In this document: positions 8,802-18,579 of the stretch, piece after piece
Layout of the letters: each line of letters opens with the position of its first letter
How positions within the stretch are numbered: the first letter of the stretch is position 1
Translations under genes and position numbers: made by a program
DNA from: Spirochaetia bacterium
Lineage (GTDB): Bacteria > Spirochaetota > Spirochaetia > CADAEX01
NCBI GenBank assembly: GCA_045606105.1
Contig: JAZURI010000002.1
Location: 256,001 to 320,000 of the forward strand
Length of the DNA: 64,000 bases
Direction of reading: 5' to 3'
The notes under the pieces: generated by a model
What the model was told of the DNA's origin: nothing
What the model saw: only the letters and a program-made list of their open reading frames with translations
Databases searched by the model: none

Positions 8802-10809
8802 TCTTCTTCTCAAGATGGAGAAGCTCCCTGATTTCAGCATCATCCAATGTTTCCTGAGCAAAGAGAGTTTCTGCCAGAAGCTCCAGCTTATCCCTGTTTT
8901 CGGTAAGAAGTCTGAATGCTTCGTTGTAACATTCTGTAATAATCCTGGTTACTTCCTTGTCTATAGCCTGGGAAGTAGCTTCGGAATAATCCTTGTGCTG
9001 GGCAATCTCACGACCGATGAAGATAGGCTCATCCTCCTGTCCGAATGCAACAGGTCCGAGAGTATCGCTCATACCCCATTCGCTTACCATCTTTCTTGCC
9101 AGCTTGGCAGCCTGCTGAAGGTCGTTCTGGGTTCCTGTGGTAGTCCAGTTATAGATTATCTTTTCAGCCACATAACCGCCGAGACAGATCTTGATCCTGT
9201 CGATAAGCCACATCTTGTTTCTGGAATAGCTGTCCTTTTCAGGAAGCGACATGGCCATACCGAGAGCTCTTCCGCGGGGAATGATGGTTACCTTGTGGAG
9301 AGGATCGGAATATTCAAGGAAATAATGAAGAAGCGCATGACCTGCCTCATGGTAGGCTGTAGCCTTCTTGTCTTCATCTGTAATGACCTTGGACTTGCGG
9401 GCAATACCCAGCATTACCTTATCCCTGGCCTCTTCGAAATCTTCCATGGAAACCTTGGTCTTGTTCTTGCGGGCCGCAAAGAGAGCTGCCTCATTTACCA
9501 GGTTGGCGATTTCGGCACCTGATGAACCCGGTGTTGCACGGGCAAGCCTTGCAAGGTCCACTTCTCCGTCAATAGGAATTTTTGATGCATGGAGTCTGAA
9601 AATAGCCTCTCTTTCCTTGACATCAGGCATGTCTACAACAACCTGTCTGTCGAAACGGCCCGGTCTCAGGAGAGCAGGATCCAGAACATCAGGTCTGTTG
9701 GTTGCAGCCAGGATGATAACTCCGTCCTTGCTGTCGAAACCGTCCATTTCAACCAGCATCTGGTTAAGGGTCTGTTCCCTTTCGTCATGTCCTCCGCCGT
9801 AGCCCGCACCTCTTGTACGACCTACCGCATCAAGCTCATCTATGAAAATGATACAAGGTGCATTCTTGCGTCCCTGTTCAAAAAGATCTCTTACTCTGCT
9901 GGCACCTACACCTACAAACATCTCCACGAAGTCTGAACCTGACATATGGAAATAAGGAACTCCGGCCTCTCCCGCAATAGCCTTTGCAAGAAGGGTCTTT
10001 CCTGTTCCCGGCATACCTACCAGAAGAACTCCCTTAGGAATCTTGGCTCCGATATCGGAAAATTTCTTAGGGTTCTTGAGGAAGTCAACAACCTCTTCAA
10101 GCTCGTATTTTGCCTCATCCTGTCCTGCCACATCGGCAAACATGATTTTCTTGCCTGTTCCGCTGTAACGCTTTGCACGGCTCTTTCCGAAGCTCATGGC
10201 CTTTCCGCCGCCTCCGCCCATCTGACGGAACATGAGCCAGATAAAGCTGAGTCCGATAAGCCAAGGAACAATATCGACAAAGAAACGGTATGTGGAGTTG
10301 TTCTTCACACCGCCGGTAATCTTTACATTGTTCTCCTGAAGCTTCACCAGAAGATTGTCATCAAAATAAGGGATACGGGTTCTGAAGGCCGTAAGCTGTC
10401 CGGAGGAATTCATGAGATATCCCTGAATCTCCTGGTTATCCATTATCTTGACACTTTCCACTGAATTGTTTTCCACATGGTTGAGGAAAGCTGTATATGA
10501 TATTTCCTCTGCTGTCCCGCTTGAATCATTGAATACAAACACGAACATGAACAGAAGAATCATTGACATGATCAGGAAAAGACCGAACCTGTTGTTGAAT
10601 CCCAACTTGATAGGACCGCCGTTATTGTTGCCGTTTCCTCCGTTGCCCGGACCGAATGGACCGAAAGCTCCGAAAAAGTTAGGCTGTTCCTGATCCTGCC
10701 CGTTATTGCTGTCACCGTTTTCAGGTTCAGGTCTCTCTGATTCCGGCCTTTCTCTGCCGGGTTCCTGTTCCTGTCCGGGTACTCTGTCTTTTTCTTCCTT
10801 ATCTGACAC
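8794..10809 (-). CDS. ftsH: ATP-dependent zinc metalloprotease FtsH
   Basis: Two TM segments, Walker [17 protein letters not shown]. Start chosen at GTG 10809 overlapping the tilS end; the ORF extends to 10914. Confidence 0.97.
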   Translation of the reverse strand: MSDKEEKDRVPGQEQEPGRERPESERPEPENGDSNNGQDQEQPNFFGAFGPFGPGNGGNGNNNGGPIKLGFNNRFGLFLIMSMILLFMFVFVFNDSSGTAEEISYTAFLNHVENNSVESVKIMDNQEIQGYLMNSSGQLTAFRTRIPYFDDNLLVKLQENNVKITGGVKNNSTYRFFVDIVPWLIGLSFIWLMFRQMGGGGGKAMSFGKSRAKRYSGTGKKIMFADVAGQDEAKYELEEVVDFLKNPKKFSDIGAKIPKGVLLVGMPGTGKTLLAKAIAGEAGVPYFHMSGSDFVEMFVGVGASRVRDLFEQGRKNAPCIIFIDELDAVGRTRGAGYGGGHDEREQTLNQMLVEMDGFDSKDGVIILAATNRPDVLDPALLRPGRFDRQVVVDMPDVKEREAIFRLHASKIPIDGEVDLARLARATPGSSGAEIANLVNEAALFAARKNKTKVSMEDFEEARDKVMLGIARKSKVITDEDKKATAYHEAGHALLHYFLEYSDPLHKVTIIPRGRALGMAMSLPEKDSYSRNKMWLIDRIKICLGGYVAEKIIYNWTTTGTQNDLQQAAKLARKMVSEWGMSDTLGPVAFGQEDEPIFIGREIAQHKDYSEATSQAIDKEVTRIITECYNEAFRLLTENRDKLELLAETLFAQETLDDAEIRELLHLEKKND

Positions 10810-12244
10810 CGTTATCCTGCCTTTTTCTAAAGATATAAACCTCTCCGTTTTCATCTCCCCTGTTTTCCAGCCTGACGAGGTCGGAGACACGGTCTCTGTA
10901 GCCGTATATACCACCCCAGACTGCTATTACACCCCGATCATCGCATATAAGCGGAATACGGCTGCGTAATTCTGCAGGGACCTTCCATTCGGAAAATATT
11001 TTTTTCAGTTTCTTTCTGCAGCCGGAGGAGACAATTGAATCTCCGTCACGCCGGGACCTGACTGTCAGATCACCCTTCACACACTCTGCAGGAATCCAGA
11101 TATCTTCCTTATTACATAAAGATAACAAAGATTTTTCAACAGAAAAACCCCTATTTACTTCTAATTTGAAAAAATTGTCAGTTTTTTCATTTATTTTTAT
11201 AAAAAAGTCTGTTTTCTCCCTGTTTTCAACATCTTTTTTCCATACAAGAAGATTTCCGGCCCTTTTTATGACAAATCCGTAGCCTCTGAGAAGCACGCCG
11301 TTGTTCTCCGGTACTCTTCCGGAAAGGGCGGTCCTGACAAAACGGTAAGGAAGCTCTCCTCCCCTCCCTTTTGCAAATATGTCGTAGCAGCTGTATATGG
11401 ACTGCACCCTGAGTGCATCAGGCGCCGACATGAAGCTCTCCAAAGAGGTAACAAAGCTGTTTTCATCCGGGGAGGTACGTTCCCAGCGTACCCTTTCATT
11501 GGCAGCGGCCTTGATAAAGTCATCGGCACAGGATACCTTTTCTCCGAACTCGGTTACAGCCTTTGCATAGCTTGGAAAAATCTCCTCTATCTGAGGAATA
11601 AGGATATTCCTGACCCTGTTCCTGAGATAGTCGGTTCCGTAATTGGTCTTGTCTATGGAAAACGGAATATTGTTTTCAGACAGGAACTGAAGGATTGTTT
11701 TTTTGGGACAGCCTGAAAGAGGTCTGATGATGTGCCCCCTGACTGAGGGAATTCCTCTCAGGCCTGAAAGACCGGAGCCCTTGAAGAACCGCATGACAAT
11801 GGTCTCCACCGTATCATCAAGATTGTGGGCAAGTGCCAGGTAACGGCAGCCGGTTTTCTCAAGAAGCGAATGGAAAAAGCCGTATCTGGCCTTTCTGGCA
11901 GCACATTCCACCCCCAGGGAAACAGAATCCCGTTCTATTTCTCCAGCATCCTCGCCGATATGAAGCTCCAGATTCTTTTCTGCGGCAAGGGTACTGATAA
12001 ATGCCATTTCCTCTGCCAGCTCCTCTGCGGGGCGTATCCTGTGATTGAAATAAGCAAGAACAATATCGATGTTGAGATTTTCCGAAAGCTTATCCAGAAC
12101 TGTCATGAGACACACCGAGTCGGGTCCGCCGGAAAAACCGATAAGGATACGGATTCTCTCCTTCTCCTTTCCGAAACCGGGAAGCCGGCTGAAATATTCA
12201 GTTACACTGTCTCTGAGAAACGTTCCTGATTGAATTGACCTCAT
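10799..12244 (-). CDS. tilS: tRNA(Ile)-lysidine synthetase
   Basis: SGGPDS PP-loop, AHNLDD and RNRVR motifs; TilS C-terminal domain. Confidence 0.95.
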   Translation of the reverse strand: MRSIQSGTFLRDSVTEYFSRLPGFGKEKERIRILIGFSGGPDSVCLMTVLDKLSENLNIDIVLAYFNHRIRPAEELAEEMAFISTLAAEKNLELHIGEDAGEIERDSVSLGVECAARKARYGFFHSLLEKTGCRYLALAHNLDDTVETIVMRFFKGSGLSGLRGIPSVRGHIIRPLSGCPKKTILQFLSENNIPFSIDKTNYGTDYLRNRVRNILIPQIEEIFPSYAKAVTEFGEKVSCADDFIKAAANERVRWERTSPDENSFVTSLESFMSAPDALRVQSIYSCYDIFAKGRGGELPYRFVRTALSGRVPENNGVLLRGYGFVIKRAGNLLVWKKDVENREKTDFFIKINEKTDNFFKLEVNRGFSVEKSLLSLCNKEDIWIPAECVKGDLTVRSRRDGDSIVSSGCRKKLKKIFSEWKVPAELRSRIPLICDDRGVIAVWGGIYGYRDRVSDLVRLENRGDENGEVYIFRKRQDNGVR

Positions 12245-12788
12245 TTGTTACCTGTTCCACTGTCCTGTTCTTCAGTGAAATAATGCTGTCACCGGCAATC
12301 TTTACTGCCTTTTCCAGACTTTCCGTATCTGTCTTGTCAGGGCGGCCCAGCACATAATATGAAACCTCTCCCGAATGGGCCGGTCTTCCGATACCCACAT
12401 AGAAGCGGACAAAGTCATTGGTCGGAGCATGCCTGATTATTGATTTGAGTCCGTTGTGGCCTGCATCTCCGCCGCCACGTTTTATACGAAGTACCCCGGG
12501 ATAAAGATCCATGTTATCACAGACAACAATGATATCCTTTACGCTGCAGTCAGCCACCTTCAGAATATCCCGGATTATTTCTCCGGAATTATTCATATAA
12601 GTAAGGGGTTTGACAAGAAAAAATTCCTTTCCCTGAAAAACCCCTTTACCATATATGTATTTTTTAAAAAATTTCTTCTGAAGTTCTATCCCTGTCTTTT
12701 CCGAAAGATAATCTATCACCATGTAGCCACAATTGTGTCTTGTGCCGGTGTATTCATCTCCGGGGTTGCCAAGTCCCAGAACAACCAT
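12198..12788 (-). CDS. pth: Peptidyl-tRNA hydrolase
   Basis: GLGNPG..Y..TRHN, KPLTYMN, GHNGLKSI. Confidence 0.97.
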   Translation of the reverse strand: MVVLGLGNPGDEYTGTRHNCGYMVIDYLSEKTGIELQKKFFKKYIYGKGVFQGKEFFLVKPLTYMNNSGEIIRDILKVADCSVKDIIVVCDNMDLYPGVLRIKRGGGDAGHNGLKSIIRHAPTNDFVRFYVGIGRPAHSGEVSYYVLGRPDKTDTESLEKAVKIAGDSIISLKNRTVEQVTNEVNSIRNVSQRQCN

Positions 12789-12796
12789 AATTTATC

Positions 12797-13366
12797 TTAC
12801 TGAGCAGCCTTCATTCCCTTAGGATAAGCAACATGAGCGATGATGCTTTCCGGATCGATAAGGAACTTAACACCTTCTACAGCAGGAATATCGCCTGCCT
12901 TTGCAGCCTGACCCAGTCCGAGAGAATCGATGTTGATGAAGATTTTCTCAGGAAGATCTTTTGGAAGACATTCGATTTCAACAATCTTTACAGTCTGAAC
13001 AAGCTTTCCGCCGGCCTTGACACCTGCAGGTGCACCGTCGAGACAGAGTGGAACTCTTGCCTTGATAATCTTGTCCTTAGCAAGCTCGAGGAAGTCGATA
13101 TGCTGGATTTTTCCTGAAAGGATATCGTCCTGATAATCCTTGATGATAACGTCACACAGCTCTTTTCCGTCCTGGAGAAGAGTGATAACGATGTTTTCGG
13201 ATGCTTTATGGAATTTTCTTTCAAATTCCCTATTTTCTACAGCAATACAGAGCTGTTCTTTTCCGCCGTATACAACTGCAGGAATCATTCCTTCCTGTCT
13301 GAGCTTTGCACAAGGTCTCTTTTTAAGTTCTGTACGCATAACAATATTCAGAGTGTTGTCTGCCAT
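12797..13366 (-). CDS. rplY: 50S ribosomal protein L25/Ctc
   Basis: IPAVVYG, HIDF and GVKAGG motifs; located upstream of pth. Confidence 0.95.
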   Translation of the reverse strand: MADNTLNIVMRTELKKRPCAKLRQEGMIPAVVYGGKEQLCIAVENREFERKFHKASENIVITLLQDGKELCDVIIKDYQDDILSGKIQHIDFLELAKDKIIKARVPLCLDGAPAGVKAGGKLVQTVKIVEIECLPKDLPEKIFINIDSLGLGQAAKAGDIPAVEGVKFLIDPESIIAHVAYPKGMKAAQ

Positions 13367-13395
13367 GTCTATCTCCTATACCCAAAAATACATTA

Positions 13396-13467
13396 CTGGG
13401 ATGGCAGGATTCGAACCTGCGAATGACGGAACCAAAACCCGTTGGCTTACCACTTGCCGACATCCCA
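13396..13467 (-). tRNA. tRNA-Gln(UUG), CCA not encoded
   Basis: Minus strand TGGGATGTCGGCAAGTGGTAAGCCAACGGGTTTTGGTTCCGTCATTCGCAGGTTCGAATCCTGCCATCCCAG folds into a cloverleaf with anticodon TTG and T-loop GTTCGAATC. Confidence 0.96.
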
Positions 13468-13608
13468 TCCACCCCAAGTACTATATATTAATTAAACAAT
13501 TAATTCTATATATCGCGTTGTATTTTATAAATTTTTTCACATAATATCAACATGTAAGGAGACATTTTGTAAAAAAATATAATAAGGTTTTTACCTGTTT
13601 ACGGACCC

Positions 13609-13863
13609 TTATTCTTCCTTGTCGTAGGCTTCAAGAATCAGATCCTGCATTTCTGCACGGAATTCAGGTGAAATAGGATGGGCAACATCCCGGTACTCAC
13701 CGGTCTGGGTCTTTCTGCTAGGCATGGCAATAAAAGCACCGTCCTTTCCGTCGATAATCTTAAGATTGTGCACTACAAAGCAATCATCGAAGGTCACGTT
13801 TACATACGCCTTAAGTTTACCCTCAGCTGTTGTCTTGCGGATTTTGATGTCAGTAATTTTCAT
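13609..13863 (-). CDS. spoVG: SpoVG nucleic-acid-binding protein
   Basis: MKITDIKIRK..LKAY..VTFDDCFVVH..FIAMPSRK...YRDVAHPI; GGGGGA SD. Confidence 0.96.
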   Translation of the reverse strand: MKITDIKIRKTTAEGKLKAYVNVTFDDCFVVHNLKIIDGKDGAFIAMPSRKTQTGEYRDVAHPISPEFRAEMQDLILEAYDKEE

Positions 13864-13977
13864 AATACAATCCCCCATTTTTGTATTCCTGACTATAATC
13901 CTATCAACACCTTACATAAAAGTAAATAAAAAAATTTAAAATCACAAAGAAAACTGATTTTTTTTGATAATTTTTTA

Positions 13978-14006
13978 TTGACATGTTTTTTTCATAGTTT
14001 TAGATT
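13978..14006 (+). promoter_or_regulatory. Sigma70-type promoter for the small acidic protein gene
   Basis: TTGACA-17 nt-TAGATT. Confidence 0.7.
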
Positions 14007-14025
14007 ATGCTCTATGGAGAAAAAT

Positions 14026-14268
14026 ATGGCAGAAACTCAAGGGGATAACAATCTGTCTGAAGAGAATATCGAAAATGCTCTTCTGGACAATATTGACAAT
14101 GAACCGGATTTTATTTCATCCGAAGATGCAGAGAATGATTTCGCCCATCTTGAGGATGATTTCGGGATTCTTGATGATGATGCGACCTACCAGGTTGAAT
14201 CGGAGCAGACAACAGACTTTTCCGAGCTGGAAGAGAGTACTGAATTTTCATTTGAAGACGGCGAGTGA
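14026..14268 (+). CDS. Hypothetical 80-aa extremely acidic protein
   Basis: GGAG SD at 14016-14019, own promoter and terminator; 29/80 residues are D/E and there is no K or R. Confidence 0.75.
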   Translation: MAETQGDNNLSEENIENALLDNIDNEPDFISSEDAENDFAHLEDDFGILDDDATYQVESEQTTDFSELEESTEFSFEDGE

Positions 14269-14282
14269 TGCCGTCTTTTTTT
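14255..14282 (+). terminator. Intrinsic terminator of the acidic protein gene
   Basis: AAGACGGC-gagtgat-GCCGTCTT stem followed by a T run; overlaps the stop codon. Confidence 0.7.
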
Positions 14283-14643
14283 ATTTGTACTCCACCTTAC
14301 GGCCGCTGAACCAGAGCTTTTCAAGATTGTAGAATTCCCTGGCCTCCTCATTCATGAGGTGAACAACGATATTGCCGCAGTCCAGGAGAACCCACTTCTC
14401 GTCATCTGTCTTCTTGTGTCTCCACTGAAGGACAAGTCCCTCCTCCTCGATGATGTCGTAAAGCTGGCTGAGAAGTCCCCTGAGATGTCCGGAGCTGGTA
14501 ACCGTGGTGATGATGAAGTAATCGGTCCATCCGCTGATTTCCGAAACATCCAGCGCCACTGTATTCTGTCCGTTATGCTCGTCAATGAAGCAGGCAAGTT
14601 TCTTTACAATATTTTCACTCTCTTTACTTACAAATTCCGCCAT
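14281..14643 (-). CDS. rsfS: Ribosome silencing factor RsfS (Iojap)
   Basis: DYFII, WVLLDCGNIVVHLM..R.FYNLEKLW. Confidence 0.95.
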   Translation of the reverse strand: MAEFVSKESENIVKKLACFIDEHNGQNTVALDVSEISGWTDYFIITTVTSSGHLRGLLSQLYDIIEEEGLVLQWRHKKTDDEKWVLLDCGNIVVHLMNEEAREFYNLEKLWFSGRKVEYK

Positions 14644-15808
14644 TAAAATCCTTCCCTAAAATTAATATTATGTCCTTTTCCTTGAGAATCAACTCCTCTG
14701 CTGCAATTTCACGGGGATTGTCCTCTACATATACTATATTTCTGCATTGTATGATACTTGCCACTTTCTGTACAGAGGCAAGATTGTTACGGTGTCCGAT
14801 GATACAGGTCCTGCCGTAGTCATTCTTCATGGCATTCTTTACCGATTTCACATTATAGCCCAGGTTCCTGTAGGTTGCCGAGGTTCTTGCAGCCAGCCCT
14901 CCCACCGTGGTTCCGTTGAGAATTTCAAGGGAATCGGAGGCATCTGCTTCATCAAAGATTCCTATATCTGCCAGGGATTTTCTGGTCTGCCCCAGCCATT
15001 GTCTCATGATATTGCCGTTGTAGTAAGGGAACAGAATCACCTTTCCCTCAATTATCTTCCTGTCTCCCCGCACATGGTGAAAAATCATCCTGTCGTTGTC
15101 AGCCTTGCCCATTTCAAAAATAAATGAAGCCAGGGAACCGCTGTTCATGTTTGTGTCCATGTTTTCCCTGAGAACCGGCAGAACAGTTTTGCTGCAGAGA
15201 TAGGCCTCGTTATGTCCGAGCCCCTGTATGAAGCTTCTGATAAGCTTGTATCCGGCTTCCGCCATTTCCTCCGAAGAGGTATTCCTGAGAGACTGCTCCA
15301 TATATTCAATAACCTTGTCTCCGTCCAGGACCGCTCTGCCCTCAGGCAGATAAGGATAATCGGATTTCTCCAGCGTCATCTCCAGTCCGCCCATGAGATC
15401 GGCACAGGCAGCCAGCTCCCGCATGTCAAAATCGAAATAGAACGGAATATCCAGGTTGGTTTCTACCTCTATTTTCCTGATGAACTGTTCCGGCCTGTCC
15501 TTCCTGTAAAGGACATCTATTCTGTCCATCCTGTTTATGGAATCAATGATGGAGCCGTAATTCACCGGAATATCCAATACCGCAGATTTTCCTGTCTTCG
15601 GATTAAAAATGAAGAGGTCGGAAAAAAGGAGCTCCTTGTTATGGGTCAGGTTTATAAGGCAGACTATTTCCTCTTCGGCATTCACCCTCTTGGTCACATC
15701 ATCAACCTTCAGAAGCATGACAAGCTTTATACCGGTGAAAAGTATCACTGATATTATGGCAAAGAGACAGATACTGCTTTTATTGAGAAATCCGGATTTA
15801 TTCCTCAT
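14624..15808 (-). CDS. LCP (LytR-CpsA-Psr) family protein with LytR C-terminal domain
   Basis: N-terminal TM; DIP, D..GG and LDG LCP-like segments; EILNGT..GLAA and ILGKDF C-domain; typical position between yqeK and rsfS. Confidence 0.8.
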   Translation of the reverse strand: MRNKSGFLNKSSICLFAIISVILFTGIKLVMLLKVDDVTKRVNAEEEIVCLINLTHNKELLFSDLFIFNPKTGKSAVLDIPVNYGSIIDSINRMDRIDVLYRKDRPEQFIRKIEVETNLDIPFYFDFDMRELAACADLMGGLEMTLEKSDYPYLPEGRAVLDGDKVIEYMEQSLRNTSSEEMAEAGYKLIRSFIQGLGHNEAYLCSKTVLPVLRENMDTNMNSGSLASFIFEMGKADNDRMIFHHVRGDRKIIEGKVILFPYYNGNIMRQWLGQTRKSLADIGIFDEADASDSLEILNGTTVGGLAARTSATYRNLGYNVKSVKNAMKNDYGRTCIIGHRNNLASVQKVASIIQCRNIVYVEDNPREIAAEELILKEKDIILILGKDFNGGICK

Positions 15809-16388
15809 TATCCAGTTCCCTGAGAAGATCAAATGCCTCAGGAGCTATGATCTTTCCCTGCTTTTCAAGATGTCCGATGGTTCCGAGAAGAACTATCCTG
15901 ACCATTTTATCCAGGGACTGCTTTTCAAGCTTTTTGAGAAAGGCCGGGGTTATATGCTTCCGTTTCGGTTCTATATAGTCTGCCACGAAAAGAATCTTTC
16001 CCAGCTGGCTCATGTTACGGTCTCCGGTAGTATGGGTCCTGACTGCATCCAGCAGCTCCGTATCACCGATACCGAACTTTTCCTCAAGTACGGCTGCCCC
16101 TGCCCTGCCGTGAAGCAGCAGCGGAAATTTCCTGTAGACCTCTGAAATGGGTTTTCCGTCCCTGGCTGCATATTCAAGCTGAAGGGCTTCAGGATACTCC
16201 CTGGCTATATCATGTACCAGACCGGCAAAGAAAGCCTTGTCCTGATCGAAGGAGAACATCCTGGCAAGAATCCTGCAGGTGTTGGCTGTGGAAAGGGAAT
16301 GCTCATACCGTCCCTGGGAAAGGTTCTCCCTGAGATAGCTGTCAATTTCCGATATAAAATCCTTATCTGTAAAACTGATATTCTTCAA
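15798..16388 (-). CDS. yqeK: HD-domain Ap4A hydrolase YqeK
   Basis: RYEHS, HDIARE, LLHG, HTTG, ADYIEP. Confidence 0.92.
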   Translation of the reverse strand: MKNISFTDKDFISEIDSYLRENLSQGRYEHSLSTANTCRILARMFSFDQDKAFFAGLVHDIAREYPEALQLEYAARDGKPISEVYRKFPLLLHGRAGAAVLEEKFGIGDTELLDAVRTHTTGDRNMSQLGKILFVADYIEPKRKHITPAFLKKLEKQSLDKMVRIVLLGTIGHLEKQGKIIAPEAFDLLRELDNEE

Positions 16389-16932
16389 TCAGCATCCTCA
16401 CTTTTTCCGGAACCATACTGTCGATGGGAAGTCCCTTTCTTACCCTGTCCCTGATTTCGGTGGAGGAGAGGGTATATCTCCTGTTCATGATATAACGGTC
16501 CGGGTAAACGGATTCGTATTTCTCCTCCATATCCCGCCTGACAACAATCAGCTCCACCAGTTCCTTCAGCTTATCAGGCTCCCGCCATGTGTTGAAGGAA
16601 GGAAGAAGATCGTCTCCAATAATAAACCCCGGTTTACCGGTTATGTCATATTTGTCAATAATATATCTTACTGTATCAATGCTGTAGGTTACCCCGCCAC
16701 GCCTGATATCGCAGTCCTCCACTATGCAGTGGGGAATATCCTCGGCAGCAGCCTTCAGCATCATGAGCCTGTCCTCCGGAGTAAGCCGGGTAAGGTTCTC
16801 CTTGTGGGATGCTATGTTGGCAGGGACAAGAATAGCCCTTTCATATCCCAGTTCCCTGAAAACCTCCCTGACTATGTAGAGGTGTCCGAAATGTACGGGA
16901 TTGAAGCTGCCGCCGAATATAAAGGTTTTCAT
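16363..16932 (-). CDS. nadD: Nicotinate-nucleotide adenylyltransferase
   Basis: GGSFNPVHFGHL, YSIDT, IIGDD, SSTEIR. Confidence 0.95.
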   Translation of the reverse strand: MKTFIFGGSFNPVHFGHLYIVREVFRELGYERAILVPANIASHKENLTRLTPEDRLMMLKAAAEDIPHCIVEDCDIRRGGVTYSIDTVRYIIDKYDITGKPGFIIGDDLLPSFNTWREPDKLKELVELIVVRRDMEEKYESVYPDRYIMNRRYTLSSTEIRDRVRKGLPIDSMVPEKVRMLIEEYQFYR

Positions 16933-16935
16933 TTA

Positions 16936-17922
16936 TTATTCCTGAAGCACCAGTCCTGAAAAAAGGCTTCTGATATTTTCCATTCCCTCTCCCGAGAATA
17001 CGGAGATACCGTGGATTTCCTCCTGAGGATATTTTTCCCTGAGTGCGGCAAGAGCTTCAGCACTTCCCTCACTGTCCATCTTGGAGGCAAATATTATTCT
17101 TTTCCGCTCTGCAAGATCTTCCGAGAAGCTTCTGATCTCATTGAGGAGAATATCGAATGCATCTTCAAAATCGGGCTGTGAAACATCGATAAGGAAAACA
17201 AGACCTCTGGTTCTGGCAATATGCTTCAGGAACCTGATTCCGAGGCCTGCCCCTTCCGAGGCTCCTTCTATGATACCCGGAATATCCGCAAGGACAATAT
17301 CCTGGTCATCAACCTTGTAGACACCGAGATTAGGTATCTTTGTGGTAAACGGATAAGCCCCTACCTTGGGATTGGCATTGGTAAGGCGACCCAGCAGAGT
17401 GGACTTTCCCGCATTAGGAAATCCTACAAAGCCGATATCCGCTATTATGTTGATTTCAATTATGATTTTTCTGCTCTGTCCGGGAAGACCGGGCTGTGCG
17501 AAACGGGGAGTCTGCTGTCTGGAGGTGGCAAAATGCATGTTGCCCAGTCCGCCGCGGCCCCCTTTGAGAAATACCCAGTCAGATTCATCATCGGCAAAAT
17601 CATGAAGCACTTCCTTGGTATCGAAATCCTTAACCACAGCGCCCGGCGGAAGAAGGATAACAGCGTCCTCTCCGTCCTTGCCGTGCTTCTTGCGCCCCTC
17701 TCCGGGACAGCCTGAACCGGCATTGATAATCCGCTTGAATCTGAGATGAGATAATGTCTTTAGATTTTTCTTGATTTTAAATACAACATCACCGCCCTTT
17801 CCGCCGTCGCCGCCGTCCGGACCTCCCTTGGGAATATATTTTTCCCGTCTCAGAGAAACACAACCGGCTCCGCCTTTACCGGAGCCGACTTCTAGTGATG
17901 TTTCGTCTACAAAACCACGCAC
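16936..17922 (-). CDS. obgE: GTPase Obg/CgtA
   Basis: FVDE..GKGG, GGPDGGDGG, GFPNAGKST, DIPG. Confidence 0.97.
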   Translation of the reverse strand: MRGFVDETSLEVGSGKGGAGCVSLRREKYIPKGGPDGGDGGKGGDVVFKIKKNLKTLSHLRFKRIINAGSGCPGEGRKKHGKDGEDAVILLPPGAVVKDFDTKEVLHDFADDESDWVFLKGGRGGLGNMHFATSRQQTPRFAQPGLPGQSRKIIIEINIIADIGFVGFPNAGKSTLLGRLTNANPKVGAYPFTTKIPNLGVYKVDDQDIVLADIPGIIEGASEGAGLGIRFLKHIARTRGLVFLIDVSQPDFEDAFDILLNEIRSFSEDLAERKRIIFASKMDSEGSAEALAALREKYPQEEIHGISVFSGEGMENIRSLFSGLVLQE

Positions 17923-17941
17923 AGTATTTTATATAAATAAA

Positions 17942-18193
17942 TTATTCAGTTACGATACTGATATATCTTCTACCCTGTCTTGTGTGGAATACAACTTTTC
18001 CTGTTTCTTTAGCGAAAACTGTATGGTCCTTTCCGAGACCTGCATTCTCACCAGGATGGAATTCAGTTCCTTTCTGTCTTACAATGATTGATCCTGCAGA
18101 AACAAGTTCTCCGCCGAATCTTTTTACACCAAGTCTCTGAGCGTTTGAATCGCGTCCGTTCTTTGAGCTTCCGCCACCCTTCTTATGTGCCAT
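17942..18193 (-). CDS. rpmA: 50S ribosomal protein L27
   Basis: [21 protein letters not shown]. Confidence 0.98.
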   Translation of the reverse strand: MAHKKGGGSSKNGRDSNAQRLGVKRFGGELVSAGSIIVRQKGTEFHPGENAGLGKDHTVFAKETGKVVFHTRQGRRYISIVTE

Positions 18194-18199
18194 TTTATA

Positions 18200-18511
18200 T
18201 CACTCCTTTATTTCTGCAACTTTAACGATTGTATACTGAGCCCTGTGACCTCTGGTTCTCTTATAGTTTTTTCTTCTTTTGTATTTCATCACAATGACTT
18301 TTGTATCTTTGATCTGATTCTCTACAGTTCCGACAACCTTTGCACCTTCGATATATGGTGTTCCGATTTTCTGTGTTTCGTTGTCGCTGATAAGCATAAC
18401 TGTGTCAAATTCGACAGATGATCCGATTTCAGCATCGATTCTGTCCATTCTGAGAAGAGCTCCGGCTTCAGCCTTGTACTGTTTCCCTTTGATATCAATA
18501 AGTGCGTACAT
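18200..18511 (-). CDS. rplU: 50S ribosomal protein L21
   Basis: MYALI..GKQYK...GTPYI..KRRKNY..GHR. Confidence 0.98.
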   Translation of the reverse strand: MYALIDIKGKQYKAEAGALLRMDRIDAEIGSSVEFDTVMLISDNETQKIGTPYIEGAKVVGTVENQIKDTKVIVMKYKRRKNYKRTRGHRAQYTIVKVAEIKE

Positions 18512-18579
18512 TTTCCCAACCTATTAAATTAAAATTTGTTCTACATTTTATAATTAAAGTCTGAATAAGGTCAAGTACC

